A stretch of 60,349 nucleotides of DNA, from positions 62,001-122,349 of the forward strand of contig JBDRRP010000121.1 in the NCBI GenBank assembly GCA_043825735.1, written 5' to 3'. Both the position numbers and the translations under genes were made by a program. Positions 29,944-38,900 of this stretch are shown here, piece after piece (positions within the stretch are counted from its first letter, which is position 1; the number at the start of each line of letters is the position of its first letter). The notes below the pieces were generated by a model. It ran no database searches. It saw only the letters and a list, made by a program, of their open reading frames with translations, and had not been told where the DNA came from. This DNA comes from Pseudomonadota bacterium. Its GTDB lineage: Bacteria; Desulfobacterota; Desulfobacteria; Desulfobacterales; JBDRRP01.

Positions 29944-30902
29944 GAACGCCGGTGTGCCAAACGACAAGTATGAAGCACCCACCGGGGAGTTTCCATCAGC
30001 ATGGTCTTCAGGGTCTGGCCGGGGCTCACCACCGCCGCCCGAGGGAACACAGGATACCGGTAGGAGGTCACCCGCCGGCGCTCGGCAGCATAGTCTTGCG
30101 TAGCGAGGGCCTTCAGCCGGGCCATCTCTTTTTTTCTCAAATAGCGAAAAAGGCTGTATCCCATGGCCGCCGCCTCGGGCTCTGCGGCGCCGATAAAATC
30201 GAAGGAAACGCCGGGCCAATGCCTTATGGCGGCGTTGAACCGTCTGAAGGCAAGATGCTCCAGGCGACGCCGGCGCGCGTCCGCCGGGTGTCCAGACCTG
30301 CGGCGCATCCCGATGAGGGCCAGGCGGTACAGATCACTTCCGGAATCCCGTTGAAAAATGGCTGCGCCAACGATGTCGTTTTCCAGTCGGACAATGGAGA
30401 AGATGCGGTGCTCCACTGCCACCGACAACGAAGACCGGTCCTGGACGCTTATCTCCGGATGATTATCGGAGGGCCGGGAGACCACCGTCAACGCAGCGGC
30501 CGTCACCGTATAAGCCAGACTCAGTGTGGCCGGGTCCCCGACGCGCCCCGCCTCCACAAGGCAGCGTGGCGCCAGTAGCGCATCCAGCGGGAAGTCTTTC
30601 ATCATTTCATCAAATAACGCGCCGGTCCTGTAACCGTCATGGCGATGGCCAACCGCATCGGCACTCTGACGGCTGGCAAACCAGGCATGCGCGGCAATCC
30701 CGGGATGCCCCAGTGCCCGCGGCGGCGGCATTCCCTCCAGATGGTGAATGGCGGCGTGTGTGATGTAGTTTCGGATGTCTTCGTAGTATCGTGCAGGAGT
30801 ACCCCGAAACTGAAGCCCCCGTTGCACCAGTATACGGTCCTGGGCCCTGTGATAGGCCAGGGCCAGCCGGCGCAAGACTTGCGTTTTGACACGCGTGGCC
30901 AT
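29916..30902 (-). CDS. hypothetical protein, possible GNAT/FemAB-like C-terminal fold
   Basis: Co-oriented ORF filling the gap; pattern RLENDIVGAAIF...LEHLAF...GVSFDFIG loosely resembles a GNAT fold. Confidence 0.6.
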   Translation of the reverse strand: MATRVKTQVLRRLALAYHRAQDRILVQRGLQFRGTPARYYEDIRNYITHAAIHHLEGMPPPRALGHPGIAAHAWFASRQSADAVGHRHDGYRTGALFDEMMKDFPLDALLAPRCLVEAGRVGDPATLSLAYTVTAAALTVVSRPSDNHPEISVQDRSSLSVAVEHRIFSIVRLENDIVGAAIFQRDSGSDLYRLALIGMRRRSGHPADARRRRLEHLAFRRFNAAIRHWPGVSFDFIGAAEPEAAAMGYSLFRYLRKKEMARLKALATQDYAAERRRVTSYRYPVFPRAAVVSPGQTLKTMLMETPRWVLHTCRLAHRRSWRPERRMA

Positions 30903-31080
30903 TTTTAGAGATACCTCATGGCACAGAAAAACCAGGGTTCGCGCCGGCAAATGGATGTAGCACAGGAAAAGACAACCGAGAAATCGGGGTGCGGTGCAAC
31001 AGTGCGCACTGTCATAATTTTATGGACCATGGGTGGCCCAAAGCCTCGCCGCTGCACGTTGGGTGGGCAAGGTGGTGCAA

Positions 31081-31269
31081 TCAGGACCCGGCGCCGTAGC
31101 ATTGGCGGGGAAAGGTACAGACAGCCTTGCCGTTGCCGAAACCGGCGGTACCAACCGCCTGGGTTTTGCAGCCGACAGCCAGGACCTCCTCGGCAGCCAG
31201 CTCGATGATGCGCAGTACGGGCGTCTCGTAGGAACGTTTATCCTTTTTGCCATCATCCCTGTCGGTCAT
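31081..31269 (-). CDS. putative RiPP precursor peptide (62 aa)
   Basis: MTDRDDGKKDKRSYETPVLRIIELAAEEVLAVGCKTQAVGTAGFGNGKAVCTFPRQCYGAGS; YxxPxL leader motif, 3 Cys, GGGAG RBS, overlaps the rSAM stop. Confidence 0.85.
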   Translation of the reverse strand: MTDRDDGKKDKRSYETPVLRIIELAAEEVLAVGCKTQAVGTAGFGNGKAVCTFPRQCYGAGS

Positions 31270-32362
31270 GTCGGTCTTCTCCCTTCCTGTATTCCAGAAT
31301 CCGCTCCAGACGATGGGTCCCCAACGCACACAGGTATGGGGAGTGGGATTCCTCATCACCGTTTTCAAGCCGGAAAAACGCCGGACACATGCCGCATAAT
31401 ACCCGCTTCGGGCATGCGTTGCAACCGAATCCGGCGCCGGCCCTGCGCTGGCGCACAGCCGGGATCACCTTCTCCCACCCTTCCATGAACGATCCGCTCT
31501 TAAGATCGTAGCGCGGGCTGTCCACCAGCAGGCAGGGCTGCAAAAAGCCGGCAGGGTCGATGTGAAATGCGCTTTGCCCGGTACCGCAGCCATAGAGTGT
31601 CTCCAGCACGGGGCAATCCTTCATGGTGTCGTAATAGTCGGCCCACTGGCGAAGCGCCTCGGGATCGTCCAACTCACAGGCTACCGCCAATTGTGGATCC
31701 ACCCGGAGATCAATGGGGCCCTTGTCTCCGTCAAGGCGGGGGAAAATGGCCGGATCGAAGCGAAAATCGACTCCCCGCGCATCGGCCATGGCCCTCATGG
31801 CCGTCAACTCCTCGGCATTCAAGGTCATGAGGATGGTCTTCAGGCCGTAGCGTACACCGGCGGCGGCGAGCCGATCGATGCCGTTCATGCAGCGCCGATA
31901 CGATCCGGCCACCCCGGTCACCCGTTCATAAACGGCCGCGGTGGCCCCGTAGACGCTCACCTCCACCCCGTGGGGCGGCAGGTCGGCAAACAACGCCGCC
32001 ACGGAATCGCTGACCAAGGTGCCGTTGGTAAACACGGTCACCAGCAGGCCGCTCAGTTTGGCATGGGTGTAGATGCCGGGGAAATCAGGTCGGAGTAAGG
32101 GCTCGCCGCCGGAAAGAAGAAGAAAAAGGCAACCGGCGGCAGTAATGTCATCGATGATGGCGTGCCACTGGCCGGTGGTCAGCTCATTGGCACCGCCGTC
32201 GCCGCACCGAGCCGCCCCCGCATAACAGTGGACGCAGCGCAGGTTGCAGCGGTGGGTGAGGTCGATACTACCGGCGGCCGGTACACGCCCCCGGGTCACC
32301 GATTCAGCCATCCGATCGAGAAAGGCGGTATCGTTGATCAGGGTGTACGGACAGCCGTCCAT
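31253..32362 (-). CDS. radical SAM/SPASM-domain peptide maturase
   Basis: CNLRCVHC, SGGEP, FTNG; C-terminal CGTG..QPC..CNAC..LCGMCP..LC auxiliary-cluster cysteines. Confidence 0.93.
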   Translation of the reverse strand: MDGCPYTLINDTAFLDRMAESVTRGRVPAAGSIDLTHRCNLRCVHCYAGAARCGDGGANELTTGQWHAIIDDITAAGCLFLLLSGGEPLLRPDFPGIYTHAKLSGLLVTVFTNGTLVSDSVAALFADLPPHGVEVSVYGATAAVYERVTGVAGSYRRCMNGIDRLAAAGVRYGLKTILMTLNAEELTAMRAMADARGVDFRFDPAIFPRLDGDKGPIDLRVDPQLAVACELDDPEALRQWADYYDTMKDCPVLETLYGCGTGQSAFHIDPAGFLQPCLLVDSPRYDLKSGSFMEGWEKVIPAVRQRRAGAGFGCNACPKRVLCGMCPAFFRLENGDEESHSPYLCALGTHRLERILEYRKGEDRHDRQG

Positions 32363-32366
32363 GGGA

Positions 32367-32672
32367 TCACCGGACCCTGACGATAAGCCCGGCGGCAGCC
32401 AGATCGGCGATCAGGGCCGCGGTGTCGGTGGCCGCCTGAGCGGCATCGGTGTCGAAATCGACTGTCACCGCGGAGGTGATCTGGCCCAGAGAGGCGGTGC
32501 CGTCGATACGCTGCCAGATAAAATCCGCCACGGGATTGAGGGCAAAGATCCGCTGCATGTCGGCCAGCTCACCCCGGATCGGCACCAGCAGGGATTCTCC
32601 GGCGATCGTCCGGTGGACGATGTCCTTTTGCTTGTCAAACACGCATTGGTCCGACACCGCGATTTCGCTCAT
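32367..32672 (-). CDS. PqqD-family RiPP recognition element
   Basis: VHRTIAGESLLVP, FALNPVADFIWQRIDG, LIADLAAAGLI. Confidence 0.92.
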   Translation of the reverse strand: MSEIAVSDQCVFDKQKDIVHRTIAGESLLVPIRGELADMQRIFALNPVADFIWQRIDGTASLGQITSAVTVDFDTDAAQAATDTAALIADLAAAGLIVRVR

Positions 32673-32692
32673 GAATCACTCATCCCTTTTCA

Positions 32693-32761
32693 GTCACCCC
32701 GGCGAAGGCCGGGGTCCAGTGGATATAAATACTTCTGGATGCCGGCCTTCGCCGGCATGAC
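32693..32761. repeat. GTCA-type palindromic REP-like element
   Basis: GTCACCCCGGCGAAGGCCGGGGTCCAG...CTGGATGCCGGCCTTCGCCGGCATGAC. Confidence 0.85.
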
Positions 32762-32795
32762 GGGAAACATGCTATTTACGGATCCATCAACAAGC

Positions 32796-32922
32796 TTGAC
32801 AGTCCCGTAAAAAGTCTGAAATCACCACAGAGGGCGCTGAGATAACTTAATAAGTATTCAGTATATTCTCTGCGATTCTCTGCGGTCTCTGTGGTTTAAA
32901 ATCACTTTTTACGGTTTTTAAA
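32796..32922 (+). repeat. composite palindromic repeat, GTAAAAAGTC..CACAGAG family, copy 3
   Basis: TTGAC..CGTAAAAAGTCTGAAATCACCACAGAG..CTCTGTGG..CACTTTTTACGG. Confidence 0.85.
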
Positions 32923-32977
32923 GATTTATCCGCGGCCATAAGCCTTCGGTACATATCCGTGCCCGCGCTTTCCCCCA

Positions 32978-35900
32978 TCAATCCGAAAACGCCGGCATGA
33001 TGAGCGCCGGATCGCCGAGCAGGTTGTAAATCGCCGTTAAATGGGTATCCCCGGAGCGCTCGCTGTAATTGCGCAGTGACTGTAGAATCATGCTGCCCAG
33101 CCGACGCTCACCCACCGCGGCGCTCAGTTGACGCGCGTATTCCTGGTCGAGCCACACGGCATTTTCATTGATGGAAAGCCCCGACGGCGACCAGACGGCG
33201 ATGGCCCCGCCTGCAGGCCATTTGAGCATGGCTTCTCCCAGCGTATCCACGCCCGGGATTCCATAATTGCCGACAATACAGGTCAACGCCGTCAGAACCG
33301 GACGCTGCGTACCGTTGGTCAGGTTCGGAACATCGACGAAGAGATCGAGCAAACTGGCGATGCCGGCCGACGGGTTGTAACCGGCCAGCCGGTCGTAGCC
33401 ACCGTGGCCGAGGTAGTTGAACAGCACCGCCCCGCCGTTGATCGCCGCAACGAGATCGGTGTGGGTCTTGCTGTCATCCTTATAAACCTTAACAACGCTG
33501 AGGCCGCTTGGCAGCAACACCGCAACCGAGTCGCTGTCCGACTTGAAATTGTTGGTCTCCCCGGCGTGCTCGGCCCCCCCGGCGCTCATGATCGCCTTGG
33601 TGCGCCACGGGCCGCTGCCGCTTTCAAAAGCCAACGCCTGATCGATCATGGCGCCCAGTTCGACCTGGCTCGTGGCCGGCAAACGGCCGATGGCCAGATC
33701 CGGTACGCCGTCGCCGGTGATGTCGGCTTGGGTCTGATCCGAGGCAAACAGTCCGTTGGCTGTTCCCACCAGCATCGTCGGCAGTTTGTTGTCTCCCTTG
33801 TTCTCGTTGTTCTTGTAATCGTAGGTGCCGTTGCCGGCCAAAACGACAAACTGCGGCGCCCGCTGCCACTGACCACGGGCAAAGGTCAGAAATTCCTTTA
33901 TGGCTTCGGGGCTGTACAGGCCGTGGTTGAACGTATCCACGATCTCTTCAAAGCTCACCGCGCGCCCCGCCAACCCCTGGTTGCGGCGGTAGTCCACCAG
34001 TCGCTGGGCTTCGGTCAGAAACTCGGCCGGTGCGATGACCAGGTAGTCATAGGCGTTGGTCGATTGGCGCAGGTCGCTGTCGGTCACCGCGGCCAGTGTC
34101 GCGGGTCCGACCAATGAATCCGCCAGCACCGCCACATAGGGCGTTTCCGGAGTATCGGGTTTGAAGGTGACCTGGTAGTTTCCGGCCGGTCCGTCTATCA
34201 GAGTCTCGGTCACCCGTTGCGGAAAATGCGGATCGGTCACATCGAAGACACGAATGTCGGTTCCGGTAAACCCGGAGACCGTCACCACGGTGTTGCCACC
34301 GCCGGTAAACGCCAGGCGGTTGCCGGCGGCCGCGTATGTCCGCAAATAGGTGACGTCTATAGCATCAAGGGCAAACCGATTGAGAGCGGCGCCGGTATCC
34401 GGGATGTCGGCCATGACAAGGTAAGTGGTGCCAGGCGGCCCCAGCAGCGGTCGCAGATCACCGGTGATAATCGTATGCGGCGCTATCCCGTCCCAGAGGC
34501 CGTCGCCCACCTCAGTGAGAGTCACACCACCGTTGGTGGTAACAAACACTTTAACGTGATGATCCAGCGCAACCAGGGGATCGTCATAAGCGCCGTACAG
34601 GTGCACGGCAGCCGTCACCGGACCAGTGCCGGCATCACCTTCCAGCGGTATCGCCAACAGCTCGAAAATAGGGCCGAAACCGGTCTGCGTATAGGACTTT
34701 ACCCAGAAATCAGATTGGGGGTCCGTGAAGTAATCGGTCAGGGCATAGACATCCTGCTCCATGTGAATCTTAGCAGTAAAACTTTGTCCTCCAGGAGCTG
34801 GCGAGAGAGCGCCCCCACCACCGGCTACCGGCCTTGCCCCGGCCAGGGACTGGATGACATACAGGGCTTCGGCAAGATCCACCCGGTTGTTGCCGTTGAC
34901 GTCGGCGCCGGAAGCGGCGTAATTGCCGCGCACCCCTGTGCCAATACCGGAAGCCACCTGGAGCGAAACGATGGCATCAGCCAGAGTCACGCCGTCAGTG
35001 CCCGTCACATCGCCGGCAGCAGTGCCAGTGTCAGCTATCACCTGCCCGGTGCCGGGTCGCAGCCAGTATACGTTGGTGCCCGAATAGATGCTGTCGAGAG
35101 CGACTGCATAAAAGTATAGCCCGCTGTTATCTGCCGCTGGCTGATACGGCACCGCCCGGCCGGCCCGACTCAAGGCCAATTGCCCCTCGGCCAGCAGGGT
35201 CGAGACCGTTGTTGAATCAAGCCCCAGCAGAGCCTCGATCTGTGCGGCATCGACAAAATACAGGCCGTCGCTCGTGATGCTGATTTTAATGGCGTCCCCG
35301 GTGGCCGGGGTACTGGCGAAGGCCGCACGTGAAAACAAAGCCATCCGACGGGCCGGCGGCGGCAGACCGTTGCTGCCATGGGCGTCGCGCGCAAAATCGC
35401 CGTCCAAAGGCGCCAGTACCGCAATCTTATCCGGCACGCTGCCCACGGTGACGCTGTAGGGACCATATCGGTTCACTTGTCCACGCGCCTCGATCTCTTC
35501 GATGAGATAGGAAACGCTCTGGCCGGCGCGCACTGAAGGATCGACCAGTCGATATATACCGCCATGAGGGGTTCCTAATAGGCTCGCCACCGGCCGGGCG
35601 TTCACCGGCATGTAGGCCGATGACGAATCATCCCGGCGAAAAATATTGAAAGCGGCCGTGCCGACTTCAGATGCCGTCTCCCAGTAAACGACGCTGCGGC
35701 CGCCATCCTCATAGGCGCCCACATCCGAGAGCACCACCAGGGTGGCGACAAAGGCCGTAGCCGTTTTCTTGTCGCGCGTCGTATCCGCCGGGTCCTCGTA
35801 GTAGAGCTGGAGCGTGGGATTGGTTCCCGGGGCCACATAAAGCACATTGGCAGGATCCGGATATGGTGGATCGCTGGGGCCAGGTGTCGGCAGACAGTCA

Positions 35901-38900
35901 GCCGGCACGGCACAGGCAATGATGGGCAACTCGTAGCGCTGCCCGCTGCTGTTGTTGGCGAATATTCCCGTGTTCACGCCGGTCTCGTAGAGGGTTACAA
36001 TGACCACGTCCCCATTTAGCGGATTGGTCACTCTTACCGTCACCGTATCGATGCCGTTGGCGTTGGTATTGCGGTCCTTGTCCACCAGTTTGAGGTAGGC
36101 GGGCACCGTGGCGGCGCCCGAATAATTGAAGCTGTTTCCCGGCACCAGATTTCCGGCCGCGTCGGTAAAATTGGGATCACCGAAGGTGCGCACTTCAATG
36201 GCACGCGTGGCCACTGCCGTATCGGCAAACCCGTCGGCCGATACCAGCACGGAGTTGGTGAGCGTCCCCGGGACGGTGGGCTGGGCTATCGTTGCGCGGA
36301 AAGTCACCGTCATCGACTCCCCGGGCTGCAGGCTGTAGCCGTCGGCGGCCGCCACCAGATACGGCGGGGCGTTGCCGGTGCGCACCACCGGCGTTGCACC
36401 CTTGAATTGCGAAAAATCGATCCCCTGCACCCAGGCCGGAAAATCAGTGCCGTACCGCCGGCGCTCAAGGCGGATGGTGTCCGTGTCGATAAACCGCGCC
36501 GAGAGCATGGGCCGCGGATAGGTTGTGTTGGTGGCGCCCTGTCCGTTATATGAAAGCGCCATACCGTAGCCCTGGAGCTTAACGGCGGCACCGGGATAGT
36601 CCACATCGACGATGTTGTTTGTGGCATCCCCGTCGGGCTTGAAAATGTGCTGCACCCTCAGCGCTCCGTGCGTCAGTGCATAAACCTCGAAGTCCACCGC
36701 GTTGTTGTTGTACTCGATGCCGGCGGCAAGCAGGGTTTCATTGGTGTTTTGGGTCACGCCGTTGCCCAGGGTGAGCAGCACACCTTCGGCCGCGTCACCG
36801 ATGCCGTTGTCGTTGGTGTATCCGGTGCCCCATACCCAGGTGTTGGCCCGGGCTACTGAGGTGATGGCCGCGGTGTTGTACTCATTGGTGGCATTGGCGC
36901 CGTTGCCGCCGTTATTACCCTGAACGCGGGAGCGCTGGACGTTCCAATTTGCGCCCCACTCCACCACCATCACGGTGCTGGTGGTCGCGCCCTGGGAATT
37001 GCCCCGGACCCAGTTGATGGTGTTGGTGCCCGAGGGATAGAACCGGACGAAACTGTTTCGGGTGCTGCTGACAGTGGCCTGGGTCGAAGAGGCGCCGGCG
37101 CCGTTGAACCCGCCCACCAGCATCACTTTCGACAGATCCGACCAGGCGGCCGATGTCGCCGTACCGCTGCCCGTGCCGTTGTTATGCGTCACCTGGAGCG
37201 CATCGCGCAGCCGGAACGCATCGGCGTTGGCCGGATCGAGGGACTCCACCACGGTCACCACCCCCATCCAGGAATTGGTCGCCGTGTTGCGGTAGAACCG
37301 GATCGCGTCGGGCCGGCTCAGACCGGTGAGATCGCCCGTGCCAAAGGGATCGCCCACGAGCGCCGCGTAGTTAGCGTCGGCGCCGATGTCGTTATTCTGG
37401 GTCCCGTCGCCGGCACTGCCCTGAACGATTACGAAGTAGTCCGGCGCCAGGTTCTGTTTTAGGACCAGCTCGTGGATGGTGCCGGTGAACTCCCCGGCGC
37501 CGATGAAGTACTCGGTCACCCGGATGCGGTGATCCGGGGCCGACACCTGGGTGCTGCCGCTGACATAGGTGAGCCCGGCGGGCAGAAGGTCACGCACCGT
37601 CACCTTGTAGATCGGCGCAGTTGAAGCGTTGGTGACATTGACGGTATAGGTCAGTTCGTCTGCGGGAGATGCTTTGTCTCCGGCATAATAAGGCGATCCG
37701 GCGTTGACCGTCTTGCTCACGGCCAGGTCCAGAATGGAAACCGTATCGGTTGCCGTATTGTTGCCGGGGTTGTTCTCACCGACGCCCAGATCCACCGTGG
37801 CGGTGTTTTGAATGGTCGCCGGCGCGCCGCCGGCCACTGCCACCGTCAGGGTGATAGCCGGCAAGATGGTTCCGGCGGCAACCGGACTGCCGGCACTGGC
37901 AGCATAGGTCCAGGTCACGGTGCTGCCAACAACATTGACGCTCCAACCCGTGCCGGTGCTGCTCACATAGGTCATGCCGCTCGGGATGATGTCGGTGACC
38001 ACGATGTTCGCGGTCTGGGCGGCAGGACCGTTGTTGGTCGCCCGAATGGTGAACGTGCCGTTCGCGCCGCGGGCGAATGTTCCCGAATGGGTCTTGGTGA
38101 TGGACAGATCCGCGCCGCTGGCCGGCAGCACGTTTACGGCGGCAACGCCCCCGTCGGTGACGGTGCCCTCGCTGCCTTCGGCGGCCGTGACACTGGCCGT
38201 CCAGTAGTCCACCGGACCGGCGGCGGGGAACGTGTAGGCCCTTTCGTAGGTCTTTGTGGCCAGCCCGCTGTCGGCGACCTGGGTCATGGCGGCTGCGCTG
38301 AGCCGGACCGTCCCCTCCGAGTCCACCATGTCAAGCGTGGCCCCGCTGATGTCAGAACTGCCGAAGGGATCACTCACCACGGCGCGCACATAAAGGCTCG
38401 CCCCCGGTGTCGTGGTGGTCACGACGCTGCCGCCCGGATAGGCGGCCGAGTAAAACGCCACGCTGTCCACGTTGATGACGGTGGTGGCCTGGTAAGCTGC
38501 CCTGGAGACGACGGCCCCGGTGGAAATGGGAAACACGTCCAAGGGATCACCGTAGCCGGCGTTGGTCTGGTTGATTCTGAGGGTCAGGGCCGTGCCGGTC
38601 GGAAGCGCCAGGTTGCCCGATATCGGCACATTGAAGGTCGTCGTGGTATCGACGAAATTTTGAAGGGAAAGGTTTTGGGTGACGTTGCCGATAGTCCCGG
38701 TGGCGGCACCGGAGTAGCCCAGGGTCACCGTGATGGCGTGGGTCGTCGAGCCGGTCCAGGTGCCGTCGTAGCCGTTTCGCACGGTCAGGGTCACCGGAAT
38801 CGTACCGGCGCCGGCGCTGACAGCCAGTGGGCTCTGGCTCGCCGGCGTCATGGTCCAGGTCCGGTTGCCGCCGCTGGTCACCTCCACCGCGCTCTGGGGC

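Noticed and set aside
29944..30219. N-terminal extension of the kinase-like ORF
   Set aside because: Overlaps the upstream ORF in another frame and is low-complexity.
28441..32672. Classification as a lasso peptide or PQQ biosynthesis cluster
   Set aside because: No lasso cyclase or B2 protease; no PqqB/PqqC; the peptide lacks the PqqA ExxxY core.
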